61,973 nt of DNA, filler included, from Candidatus Delongbacteria bacterium (GCA_016937995.1; 3 parts of 3 records of this genome joined end to end with filler, not necessarily neighbours in it), one strand, 5' to 3'; shown: positions 26,825 through 35,881, counted from the first letter of the whole stretch. A program made the numbers and translations. The notes: a model not told the origin generated them from the sequence alone.

Positions 26825-28258
26825 ATGAAAGATCACACAATTTATCAAAACCCACTTATCGAAAGATATTCATCAAAAGAAATGAGTTACATTTTCTCTC
26901 CGGAGAATAAATTCAAGACCTGGAGAAAGCTGTGGATAGCTTTAGCTGAGTCAGAGAAAGAGCTTGGATTGAATATCACTGATGAACAGATAGACGAACT
27001 TAAACAATATGAAGATACTATTAATTATGAAGATGCTATTGCCAGAGAAAAGGTAGTCCGTCATGATGTTATGAGTCATGTATTTGCTTACGGATTACAG
27101 TGTCCTGAAGCAAAGCCGATCATTCATCTGGGAGCAACTTCTGCGTTTGTAGGTGATAATACAGATCTTATTCAGCTAAAAGAAGGAATTATAGAAGTAA
27201 AAAAGAAGCTTGTTCTACTGATAAAGAGAATTAAAGACTTCGCTTTAGCTGAAAAGGACAGACCTACTCTTGGATTTACACATTATCAGGCGGCGCAGAT
27301 AACAACTGTAGGTAAAAGAGCATCGCTATGGTTGAATGAATTTATTTTAGATTTTGAAGAACTTGAGCATAATCTGGAATCTTTAAGATTCAGAGGCGTA
27401 AAAGGAACTACTGGAACTCAGGCATCTTTCATGGAGCTTTTTGAGAACGATGAAGAAAAAGTAAAGAAATTAGATGAACTTGTAACAGGGAAAATGGGTT
27501 TTGATAAGAAAAACATCGTAACAGGCCAGACCTATACCAGAAAAGTTGATTATAAAGTATTATCACTGCTTTCAGCAATAGCTCAGTCAGCTCATAAAAC
27601 TACAAATGATATAAGATTACTTCAGAATTTAAAGGAAATTGAAGAACCTTTCGAGAAAAGTCAGATAGGTTCATCCGCAATGGCTTACAAAAGAAATCCA
27701 ATGAGATCTGAAAGAGTTGCGTCACTTTCAAAGTTCGTTATGTCACTTACAAATTCAGTGGCTATGACAGCTGCTACACAGTGGTTTGAAAGAACTCTTG
27801 ACGACAGTGCAAATAAAAGACTTTCAGTTCCGGAAGCATTTTTAGCGATAGATGCGATATTAATTATCTTAAATAACATTTTTGACGGTATGGTCGTTTA
27901 TCCTAAGCAGATCGAGAAGAGATTACAGTCTGAAATTCCTTTTATGGCAACAGAGAATATCATTATGAATGCTGTGAAGAAGGGAGGGGACAGGCAGGAG
28001 CTTCATGAGAAGATCAGGGAACTTTCAATGATAGCAGGTAGGAATGTGAAAGTTGAAGGTCTTGAGAATAATCTGTTGGATCTTATCGCTAAGGATAGTT
28101 CTTTCAATCTTTCTATGGATGAGTTGAAGGAAATGACTGATCCGAAGCTTTATATAGGCAGAGCGCCTCAGCAGGTTGTGGAGTTTGTTAAGGAGATCGT
28201 TGATCCGATCCTTGAGAGGAATCAGGTTGAGGATGTTGATATTGCGTTGAAGGTATAA
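26825..28258 (+). CDS. purB: Adenylosuccinate lyase
   Basis: Motifs RHDVMSHV, IHLGATS, GFTHYQ, SSAMAYKRNP and ERTLDDSA. Confidence 0.96.
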   Translation: MKDHTIYQNPLIERYSSKEMSYIFSPENKFKTWRKLWIALAESEKELGLNITDEQIDELKQYEDTINYEDAIAREKVVRHDVMSHVFAYGLQCPEAKPIIHLGATSAFVGDNTDLIQLKEGIIEVKKKLVLLIKRIKDFALAEKDRPTLGFTHYQAAQITTVGKRASLWLNEFILDFEELEHNLESLRFRGVKGTTGTQASFMELFENDEEKVKKLDELVTGKMGFDKKNIVTGQTYTRKVDYKVLSLLSAIAQSAHKTTNDIRLLQNLKEIEEPFEKSQIGSSAMAYKRNPMRSERVASLSKFVMSLTNSVAMTAATQWFERTLDDSANKRLSVPEAFLAIDAILIILNNIFDGMVVYPKQIEKRLQSEIPFMATENIIMNAVKKGGDRQELHEKIRELSMIAGRNVKVEGLENNLLDLIAKDSSFNLSMDELKEMTDPKLYIGRAPQQVVEFVKEIVDPILERNQVEDVDIALKV

Positions 28259-28272
28259 AAAAGCCACATACT

Positions 28273-28396
28273 GTAGGGGTCGCAGATCTGCGACCGGTTA
28301 GGTATGAGGTATGAATTATAAGGTATGAGTTTTATGAGGGTGTTCAGGCACCCTTTTTTATAGTGTCATTCTCGGACTGAAGATCCGGGAATCCAG
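28273..28396 (+). repeat. REP-like palindromes plus heptamer tract downstream of purB
   Basis: GTAGGGGTCGCAGATCTGCGACC (28273-28295), GGTATGA-like heptamers (28301-28339), and TGTCATTCTCGGA..TCCGGGAATCCAG (28364-28396). Confidence 0.7.
28337..28359 (+). terminator. Intrinsic terminator after purB
   Basis: AGGGTG-ttcagg-CACCCT followed by a T run. Confidence 0.65.
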
Positions 28397-28430
28397 GCGT
28401 TTTTTATATTTAGGAGAGTACATGATTCTA

Positions 28431-28545
28431 TCTTTTTGTCTTGATACAAAAAGAAACAAAAAAATCAAGACGATCCATATTTTTTACCCCTGATAGTTTT
28501 CAAATTTATAGCAGTATAGCAGGTTTCCCCGTGATGATGGATCGT
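28431..28545 (+). repeat. Dispersed structured repeat, copy B (ends at the contig break)
   Basis: Reverse complement of 1-87, plus the hairpin TCTTTTTGT-CTTGAT-ACAAAAAGA whose loop is complementary to ATCAAG at 28464-28469. Confidence 0.9.
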
Positions 28546-28645
28546 NNNNNNNNNNNNNNNNNNNNNNNNNNNNNNNNNNNNNNNNNNNNTTAATTAATTA
28601 ANNNNNNNNNNNNNNNNNNNNNNNNNNNNNNNNNNNNNNNNNNNN
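28546..28645. other. Artificial contig linker
   Basis: N44-TTAATTAATTAA-N44, with stop codons in all six frames. Confidence 0.98.
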
Positions 28646-28749
28646 GAAAATATTTCGTATAGATGTATATAATGAATACCGCAGTTTTTCAACAAAGCTT
28701 ATTATATTATTTGAACATATTCATATATTAATACAAGAAAATGGTATTT

Positions 28750-28781
28750 AAAAAAAAGGCAAACTGCTGTTTGCCTTTTTT
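28750..28781 (-). terminator. Intrinsic (bidirectional) terminator after the GLUG gene
   Basis: A-run-GGCAAAC-tgct-GTTTGCC-T-run. Confidence 0.8.
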
Positions 28782-28797
28782 GATATTTATCTGATAA

Positions 28798-31569
28798 TTA
28801 TTTTTTTGTCGGATTTATCGCGACAACGTAATAGAACATTTTATTCGCACCTGGAGTAGGAGTTGTCCACTCTTCTCCATTGAAAACACCTGTCAGATCT
28901 AAATTGAATGTTCCATAAGGATCAACTGATGAATATACTTTATAACCGGTTGCTCCGGTTACCGGATCCCAGGTTATAGTAAGATCGCTTCCATTGTTAA
29001 CAAATGTCACGTTAGAAGGAATCCCCACCGGAATTCTATCTTCCCACTCAAGATAAGGATACCCGTTGTTAAGACTTTCATGAATACTCCATATTGGTGT
29101 AGAATAGTCCCAGTTGGTATATGTAGCCTGAAGCTTCATTTCAGAAGTTGTTTTTCCGGTTCCTCCAGCAGATATCAGCTGTCCTGAAGTATCTGTATCC
29201 CAGAAACAGTCAGACAGTGTCAGACCGGTTGAATATCCTAACAATCCTCCTACATTTGTTGATCCGCTAACAGCTCCTGATGAATATGAATTTGTAACAG
29301 TGGAATTCTCTAAATATGAGATAAAACCACCCGAATAGTTAGTTCCTGTTACAGGACCTGAAGCATAGCAGTCATTAATTACAGTACCTTCTAGAGCTGC
29401 ACCGGCAAAACCTCCGGTATATTCTGTTCCGTTAATAGTACAGGTGGAATAACACTCTGTAAACTGACTGCTGAAAGTAACTCCTACAAGTCCTCCGACT
29501 GTACTGGCTCCATTTACTGTTCCGGATGAAGAACATCCAAATAAGATACTGTTTTTACAATCAGCAATAAGAGCACCCTGTTCCCATCCTCCTGTCAAAT
29601 CTACATTTTCAAGTATTACATCTGTAAAACTTGCTCCGTCTGTATATGAAAACAATCCGGGATATGCATTGTCGTTTATTGTAAGATTCTGTATCTTGAA
29701 TCCGTTACCGTTGTAATTACCTGTAAAAGGGTCAAGCTGCTGTACCGCAATTGGTACCCAGCCGTCTCCGTCTGTCCAAGGTGATACTCCAAGATCAATA
29801 TCTGCAGTCTGAATAAAATAATAATCTAAAAATTCCCTTACTTTATTTAACTCATCTGCGTTTGAAACTTGAAACGGATCTGACTCTGTACCCATACCGC
29901 CGGCAAAAGGATTATACATGCAGTTAGCTGTAATTTCTGTACTTATATCGGTTACAACGTATGTAAATGCAGTATCTGTCGACAATATTGCTTTGGTATT
30001 ATCTGACCAGTTGAGAAGGTCATAATCTTCGTTAAGTTGAACTAAAAGATCTATCCCATATCCAACAGGATAATCACCGTCAATACCGTTGATAGTTCCT
30101 GCTTCAACAGGATCGATAACAAAAGATATTGTTGAATTAGGCTGCCAAGCCAGATAAGGATATAGAAGTGTCTCAACGTTTTTCCAGATCGGAGTTGTTA
30201 CAAAATCCCATCCCGAATATGTTGCCTGCTGTTTCATCTCAACAGTAGTTTTACCAGTTCCTCCATCTGAAGTGGTCTGACCACTCGTCTGCTTATCCCA
30301 GTAGCAACTGGTAAAAGTGGAATTTTCTAGGTATCCGCAGAATCCACCATAATAATCCGGTCCGTTAACTGCTCCGATTGAATAACAATTGTTAATATCA
30401 GAATCATAACTTTCACCTATAAAACCGCCCACAGACCATATACTACAACTTACTTCAGCATTTGAGTATGAATTGCTTATTGTTGATTGATTGTGTGCAG
30501 ATCCTATCAGTCCGCCGACAACCCAGTCATCATAAACTGATCCGGAAGAAAAGCAATTAGAGACTACACTGGCATCACATCTTCCAATTAAACCTCCACT
30601 CAAACCCCAACCTTTGCCGTTAATGGTTACATCAGTTTTACAGTTTGTCACAGTAGATCCTATTGCTTCACCAACTATACCTCCACACTCGTCACCGTTA
30701 ATGATGCCTGAAGAATAGCAGTTAGATATTGAATCATTTTGTGATCCACCGATAAGAACACTTGAACGACGTGATCCGTCAATATTACTATTCGCGTTAC
30801 ACTCATTTATGGTTGTATTTGAACTATAACCAATGAGTCCTCCTACATAATAAACTCCTGATACTGTACCGGTAAAATCACTTAGCGAAACAGAGCTGGT
30901 GTCGATATTAAAACCTATTAAACCTCCTGCATAATCTCCCGACGAAACAACATTCGAATTTGAGCTGCAATTAATTATCTGTGAAGTTTCAGATGTGCCA
31001 ACCAAACCCCCAACAGATTGATAACTCGCTGATGTTGATCCGGTGAAGGTACAATTTGATATAATTGACAACTCGATATAACCTGCTATACCGCCAATTT
31101 CAGATACTCCACCTGCATCTCCTTCCGCAGTACAATTGGTTATGCTGGAATTGTTAAAGCTATATCCTGCTAATCCTCCTGTAAACGTACCCCCATGAAT
31201 ATCAAAATTAGTTAAATTCAGACCATGGACAGATCCTCCAACTAAATAACCGAATAGTCCTACCAAGTCTGTTGACCTGTCAATGAATAAATTTGATATC
31301 GTATAATTATTACCGTTATAGCTTCCTGTGAAAGGTGTTCCGGTATCACCGATCGGCAACCATCCCGCACCCAGATTCCAGGGTGCTGATCCAAGATCAA
31401 TGTCCCTGGTCTGTATAAAGTAAGAACTCAGATAATGCCTGACTGAATCAAGCTCAGCAGGATTACTTACCTGATAAGGATCTCCACTGGACCCGTTTCC
31501 ACCCGCGAAAGCGAATAATCCAATATTTATTAACAGCATTAGCAGAAAAGTATTCTTCGGGATCTTCAT
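28798..31569 (-). CDS. Secreted GLUG-repeat beta-helix protein with an InlB-B-like spacer and a C-terminal FnIII-like domain
   Basis: Signal peptide; two modules beginning FAGG.G..SDP(Y/F)QVSN; many (V/T)GGL(I/V)G repeats; WD..TSGQ..S.GGTGKTT.EMK motif twice. Confidence 0.85.
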   Translation of the reverse strand: MKIPKNTFLLMLLINIGLFAFAGGNGSSGDPYQVSNPAELDSVRHYLSSYFIQTRDIDLGSAPWNLGAGWLPIGDTGTPFTGSYNGNNYTISNLFIDRSTDLVGLFGYLVGGSVHGLNLTNFDIHGGTFTGGLAGYSFNNSSITNCTAEGDAGGVSEIGGIAGYIELSIISNCTFTGSTSASYQSVGGLVGTSETSQIINCSSNSNVVSSGDYAGGLIGFNIDTSSVSLSDFTGTVSGVYYVGGLIGYSSNTTINECNANSNIDGSRRSSVLIGGSQNDSISNCYSSGIINGDECGGIVGEAIGSTVTNCKTDVTINGKGWGLSGGLIGRCDASVVSNCFSSGSVYDDWVVGGLIGSAHNQSTISNSYSNAEVSCSIWSVGGFIGESYDSDINNCYSIGAVNGPDYYGGFCGYLENSTFTSCYWDKQTSGQTTSDGGTGKTTVEMKQQATYSGWDFVTTPIWKNVETLLYPYLAWQPNSTISFVIDPVEAGTINGIDGDYPVGYGIDLLVQLNEDYDLLNWSDNTKAILSTDTAFTYVVTDISTEITANCMYNPFAGGMGTESDPFQVSNADELNKVREFLDYYFIQTADIDLGVSPWTDGDGWVPIAVQQLDPFTGNYNGNGFKIQNLTINDNAYPGLFSYTDGASFTDVILENVDLTGGWEQGALIADCKNSILFGCSSSGTVNGASTVGGLVGVTFSSQFTECYSTCTINGTEYTGGFAGAALEGTVINDCYASGPVTGTNYSGGFISYLENSTVTNSYSSGAVSGSTNVGGLLGYSTGLTLSDCFWDTDTSGQLISAGGTGKTTSEMKLQATYTNWDYSTPIWSIHESLNNGYPYLEWEDRIPVGIPSNVTFVNNGSDLTITWDPVTGATGYKVYSSVDPYGTFNLDLTGVFNGEEWTTPTPGANKMFYYVVAINPTKK

Positions 31570-31604
31570 TTTATATTCTCCGATTTTTTGATATATTTTC
31601 TTAC

Positions 31605-31633
31605 AAATTACTTAAATTAAGTATGATTGTCAA
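31605..31633 (-). promoter_or_regulatory. Putative sigma-70 promoter of the GLUG gene
   Basis: Minus strand TTGACA(31633-31628)-17nt-TAATTT(31610-31605). Confidence 0.5.
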
Positions 31634-31645
31634 TTATATAAAAAT

Positions 31646-31672
31646 AAAAAAAGCGGCCATTAAGCCGCTTTT
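31646..31672 (-). terminator. Intrinsic terminator after the pilin-like operon
   Basis: AAAAGCGGC-cattaa-GCCGCTTTT with a T run on the minus strand. Confidence 0.75.
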
Positions 31673-31689
31673 ATCTCATGTATCAATTC

Positions 31690-33786
31690 CTATCTCATCA
31701 GGCTGTAGAAATCCTGATCGTTAGCAATACCTTTACCAATATAACCTCCGGTCCATCTATAGTCACGGTTCAAACCGCTTACAGGAGGTCCGTCAGAAGA
31801 TGGTCCGGGTCCCCATCCAATACCTGCATGAAAATCTTCATCATAGAATCTTTTATCCTGAATGAAACAGAATCCAACTTCACTACTTCCGTTATCGACT
31901 GAGTTTGAACCTGTGGTCTCACCCTGTGAATTTATGATAAGACTTCCAATATTATAAAATGACATATCGGTATTACCAGAGCTTACAGCAACATCACCTT
32001 CACCCAAGTAATAACCAACTGTTGTGAACGCAAAACCTCTGATGTCTGTAAAATCAAGCTGATTGTCTCTTCCGCCTGCGGCACCCACATAATCTTCAAC
32101 CGTAGTTTCAGTCAGGTTCAATCCTGAAAATACACTAATCTGGCTGTCAGGATATATGTCATACATTGCCTCATAAAGTTTAGCAAGCATTTCCATTGTT
32201 GGATCCGCAAGTTGCTCTGCAGAATATTGCTCATAAAGATCTCTGAGATCCTGCAATTCTGCCAGATACAGATCATCAATGACCCTTACCACATCTTCTT
32301 CCGTGATTAGGGTAAAGTAGTCACTGGACACACCGAAAATTGAAACATCACCGTATTGAGTAGGAACTGCGATAGCCTCGACCATACCGTCACCGACCTG
32401 GATCTTTTCGACTAATGTGTTACCTGCAGATACGTAAGCGTATGTTATTGTTTGACCATTTGCGTCATCTTCAGTTCTCAATTCAACTGTGATCTCTGAT
32501 CCTGCAGGATAATTCGCTTCAGACAACATATAAATTGCAGATGATGGTGTCAGGGTGGCTGTTTCTTCTACTGCCTGCCATGACCATGCAAAATCATCTG
32601 AATTCATAGCATCAACATGCTCCCAACCGCCCAGAACGGATGAATTAACAGCCGCTGCAGCATCAGCTTCAGTTTTGAATATACCTTCAGCATATAGACC
32701 GGTGTCAAAAGCATACGAACCAGGTGTGAAGACAGAAGGGTTTCCTACAGAACCACCATAAAGGGAAGCATCAGTACCGGCACTGACTATTCTACCCCAG
32801 AAAGTAGGTCCGGTCGGTCCCTGTCCTGACTGAGTTTTATAGTCAAATCTTACAGTAGATGCAAAATAACTGTGACCGAATCTGTAGTCATAATCTTTAT
32901 AGACTCCCTTTCTTCCGTTAAATCCTGCTGACCACATTGAGTTTACGATACCCTCATTAAATTGAAGAATTGGCGGAGCTACAGGGTCAAAGTTAAAAAG
33001 TTTTGACATTAATATTCTGTAAGAATCACCTGTTTTATCATCTACAGCCCATGTATCCATTACCCACACTGCACTGCCTGACTCATCTACTCTTTCACCT
33101 TTGTATCTTAGAAGGTAAAGAGTATAAGTGTCCTGACTGTTAGGGTATTGCAGTACTATCCTCTCAGATGAAGGATGAAGATAGAGTTCATTATTTACTG
33201 TAAGACCGTCACATACCTTAGGCAAGTTTCCAAGCCTGGATTCTTCGGTCATCTGAGCTATGTATCCGTTGTTGTCATGATACTCCTGAGGAACCTGTTC
33301 CATCCATGCATTTGGATCATTACTTTCCTGGTCAGTGCCGGCATCCCAATCGTAATCAGCAATTATTTCATCACCCGGGTCCGGTCCAGGTATTATATCA
33401 CCGCCACCACTGTTACCACCACCACTGTTGCCGCCACCTGTACCACCGGAATAAATTACCAGATCTCCACCGTTACCTTCAAGTACTTCTACGAACAGAC
33501 CTGTCCCTCCGGTGTAGTCACTGTAGGTATAAGATTTATTTTCTTTCGGGTCGAAGTAATACGGCCAGTTGATCCTTGTTGCATCATCCTGTGCCGACCA
33601 CCAGTTAACTGAGTAATTTGAGCCACTCTCACAAGCCCAGTACAATCTTACCTTCTCAAGTTCTTTCTGAGAAGTGGATGTCATATAGTTGGTGACAATA
33701 AAAAATCCTGATGACATCATCAACAGAACTGTCACTATTATGACAGCCATCAAAATACCCACACCCTTTTTATTTATCTTTTTCAT
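31690..33786 (-). CDS. Large PilX/GspK-like minor pilin with a long acidic C-terminal region
   Basis: KKG|VGILM class III signal lacking Glu5, then ..LYWACESG (PilX-like A.Y.AEAG position). Last of three prepilin-like genes. Confidence 0.65.
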   Translation of the reverse strand: MKKINKKGVGILMAVIIVTVLLMMSSGFFIVTNYMTSTSQKELEKVRLYWACESGSNYSVNWWSAQDDATRINWPYYFDPKENKSYTYSDYTGGTGLFVEVLEGNGGDLVIYSGGTGGGNSGGGNSGGGDIIPGPDPGDEIIADYDWDAGTDQESNDPNAWMEQVPQEYHDNNGYIAQMTEESRLGNLPKVCDGLTVNNELYLHPSSERIVLQYPNSQDTYTLYLLRYKGERVDESGSAVWVMDTWAVDDKTGDSYRILMSKLFNFDPVAPPILQFNEGIVNSMWSAGFNGRKGVYKDYDYRFGHSYFASTVRFDYKTQSGQGPTGPTFWGRIVSAGTDASLYGGSVGNPSVFTPGSYAFDTGLYAEGIFKTEADAAAAVNSSVLGGWEHVDAMNSDDFAWSWQAVEETATLTPSSAIYMLSEANYPAGSEITVELRTEDDANGQTITYAYVSAGNTLVEKIQVGDGMVEAIAVPTQYGDVSIFGVSSDYFTLITEEDVVRVIDDLYLAELQDLRDLYEQYSAEQLADPTMEMLAKLYEAMYDIYPDSQISVFSGLNLTETTVEDYVGAAGGRDNQLDFTDIRGFAFTTVGYYLGEGDVAVSSGNTDMSFYNIGSLIINSQGETTGSNSVDNGSSEVGFCFIQDKRFYDEDFHAGIGWGPGPSSDGPPVSGLNRDYRWTGGYIGKGIANDQDFYSLMR

Positions 33787-33819
33787 AATTCGCCTCCCTG
33801 AGGAAAATTTAATTTATTG

Positions 33820-34374
33820 TTATTGTATTACTTCCTGAGGATCAAAATAGCCTGTCCAATCATGCCTGCAGTAAGATTTCGTTTTAATTTCTTCAAGTGC
33901 ATATGATCCACCTTCGTTAGTATATATTTGAAAGCTGATATCAGCACTGAAGTATTTGCCTTCATTATTGGGTAGCACCCTAACGATATTGTAATTGTAC
34001 ACTTCAGATATATCACCAATGAACGGAATTACTTGTCCATCACGCATAATTCTGTATACATACTTACCGTTATCCTGAGGTATGTATTTGATTCCCCAAA
34101 TGTGTTCGGTAGTTCGATCCGGATATTTTATCTTGAAATTATAACTAGGATAAGTTAGTCCCGGGGGCACAGTTTCGATAACTGCACCTTCTCTAATGTC
34201 CCTTGCGAGCATATTCAGTATCCTTATCGAATTCGCATAAGCGAAAGACTGCTTTACAGAGGCATCCAGTACTTTGTTGGAATTAGCTATAAAATACATT
34301 ATCCCTGCGAACATAAAACCGATTACCAAAGAAGTGATAAGTACCTCTAAAAGCGTAAAACCTTTATTTTTCAT
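33820..34374 (-). CDS. Prepilin-type N-methylation domain protein (PilW/GspJ-like)
   Basis: MKNKG|FTLLEVLI and L.RDIREG motifs. Strong GGAGGG Shine-Dalgarno. Confidence 0.8.
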   Translation of the reverse strand: MKNKGFTLLEVLITSLVIGFMFAGIMYFIANSNKVLDASVKQSFAYANSIRILNMLARDIREGAVIETVPPGLTYPSYNFKIKYPDRTTEHIWGIKYIPQDNGKYVYRIMRDGQVIPFIGDISEVYNYNIVRVLPNNEGKYFSADISFQIYTNEGGSYALEEIKTKSYCRHDWTGYFDPQEVIQ

Positions 34375-34386
34375 AATTCCCTCCCT

Positions 34387-34824
34387 TTATAACGGTTCAT
34401 TTGTGAACATTACCATGTACAGCGATCTGTCAGAGTCATCGGGTACGTACACTTCATCCCAACTTACTCTTGCTACAACGACCACAAGATCTGATGCGGG
34501 ATCTGGTGTTACCACAGTTGAAAGATCGAATTCAAGCCAGTAATTATGCATTATCCTTTTTCTGATCAGTCTTTGTTCCGCAATTGGGGCAAACCCTTCA
34601 GCACTGACTTCTGCACTACCGATAAGTTCTTCTACATCAGCTAAATTCAACCTTCTCTGTACTCCTTCGAACCATAAATTGATTATTTGTGTTGCATTGA
34701 TCTTGTGTGTAGCTTCGTTCGTTATTTGTTTGCATACCACAAAACTATACATCATCGGAGCAACTCCCATCATCAGGATCGCAACAGTCACTATGACCTC
34801 TATTAATGTAAATCCTTTTTTCAT
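34387..34824 (-). CDS. Prepilin-type N-methylation domain protein (PilV/GspI-like)
   Basis: MKKG|FTLIEVIV and C-terminal VVVARVSW. ATG 34824 follows GAGGTG. Confidence 0.8.
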   Translation of the reverse strand: MKKGFTLIEVIVTVAILMMGVAPMMYSFVVCKQITNEATHKINATQIINLWFEGVQRRLNLADVEELIGSAEVSAEGFAPIAEQRLIRKRIMHNYWLEFDLSTVVTPDPASDLVVVVARVSWDEVYVPDDSDRSLYMVMFTNEPL

Positions 34825-34876
34825 TTTTGCCACCTCACTTTTACGTAAATTGCAATACAACTTTCCGTATTAGTAG

Positions 34877-34963
34877 TTAATGTAATTTTGCTTTAATCTC
34901 TTTCTTAAAAAACTTCAATCGTTGAACCATCGAAGCTATAAAATCAAACTTTTCGTTTTTCAT
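34877..34963 (-). CDS. Possible 28-aa leader ORF upstream of the pilin cluster
   Basis: Hand translation MKNEKFDFIASMVQRLKFFKKEIKAKLH*, with AAGGAGGT 12 nt upstream. Confidence 0.3.
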   Translation of the reverse strand: MKNEKFDFIASMVQRLKFFKKEIKAKLH

Positions 34964-35027
34964 CCTTATATGCTTACCTCCTTAATTCAAATTTTCATCT
35001 TCATTTATCGACTAGCCCGACAATAAT

Positions 35028-35056
35028 AATATAGTGTATTTTACCACGCAAGTCAA
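35028..35056 (-). promoter_or_regulatory. Putative sigma-70 promoter of the pilin cluster
   Basis: Minus strand TTGACT(35056-35051)-17nt-TATATT(35033-35028). Confidence 0.5.
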
Positions 35057-35093
35057 CAGGTAAATAATTTTATTTGTTGTTTAATTCAATATT

Positions 35094-35783
35094 TCAATTT
35101 AAATAGGCATCAAAAAGTACTTCAAGTGATTTTAGCAATTTATCAATATATAACGGAACTGTTTTTGCGTAAATATCCAGACCTATTATCGCATTAACTG
35201 TTGAATCGGTCTTAGATGCATCTCTCAGCCTGTTGGCGATCGAACTGTTCATAATACCGACATCTTTGTATATTTTTTTCAGACCTTTTAGATCTGCATC
35301 GAATTCACCTGTCTTCTTACTCTTGAAGTATTGAGCTAAGAAGTACATTGATGTAGCTCTGTATATTGTTGAATCTCTGTCGGAAAAAGGAAGATGAAAA
35401 AATGCCATAGGCTTAAAATATGCGCTAATAGGACATCCTGAAACAGCAGATACCAATCCCATCATGGACCCGACCGCTTTTTGTACACTTGTATGTTTGG
35501 AAATTACTTTTTGATCAAGAGAGACTTCAACGAATACATTTTCAAATGATTTCATCCCGTCAAAATACTTAACCAGATTTACCAGTGAGACCGCCATAGG
35601 ACAGTGCGTATCTTCATGAACGCTTGAAGGACAGTTCGGACATTGGTGAAAATTTAATAGTGTCCAGTGTGGTAATTTTTCAGGCTTGATACAATTTAAT
35701 TCAAAACTATCTTTATCCCATTCAAATTCGAATAACTTCTCTCTGCCGTCTTCGAACTTATAATTGTACGTGATCTTTTTCAA
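35094..35783 (-). CDS. Conserved hypothetical protein (DUF6901-like), Cys-rich
   Basis: Motifs WTLL..HQCPNCP..HCP, SGCP and KPMA.FHLPF. TTG start. Confidence 0.7.
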   Translation of the reverse strand: MKKITYNYKFEDGREKLFEFEWDKDSFELNCIKPEKLPHWTLLNFHQCPNCPSSVHEDTHCPMAVSLVNLVKYFDGMKSFENVFVEVSLDQKVISKHTSVQKAVGSMMGLVSAVSGCPISAYFKPMAFFHLPFSDRDSTIYRATSMYFLAQYFKSKKTGEFDADLKGLKKIYKDVGIMNSSIANRLRDASKTDSTVNAIIGLDIYAKTVPLYIDKLLKSLEVLFDAYLN

Positions 35784-35881
35784 TTTAAGTCCTTACATAG
35801 TGGTTCCGTTCTTACTCAAATGAAAATAGTGAATATTATCGGGAAAGTAAAGGAATAAATTGATTTTATTAACCTATCCTG

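Noticed and set aside
1..28545. Whole contig as a giant transposon with terminal inverted repeats
   Set aside because: No transposase or integrase inside, and the cargo includes core housekeeping genes. Assembly breakage at a repeat is more parsimonious.
28546..28645. TTAATTAATTAA palindrome within N runs (also at 54480-54579)
   Set aside because: Identical 100-nt artificial contig spacer, not biological.
33175..33612. Plus-strand Thr-rich and His-rich ORFs (33175-33612, 33306-33572)
   Set aside because: Antisense shadows of the Gly-rich segment of the PilX-like gene.
28798..34824. GLUG protein as a co-transcribed PilY1-equivalent of the pilin trio
   Set aside because: A terminator (31646-31672) and a separate promoter (31605-31633) lie between them. 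A functional link remains possible but is unsupported.
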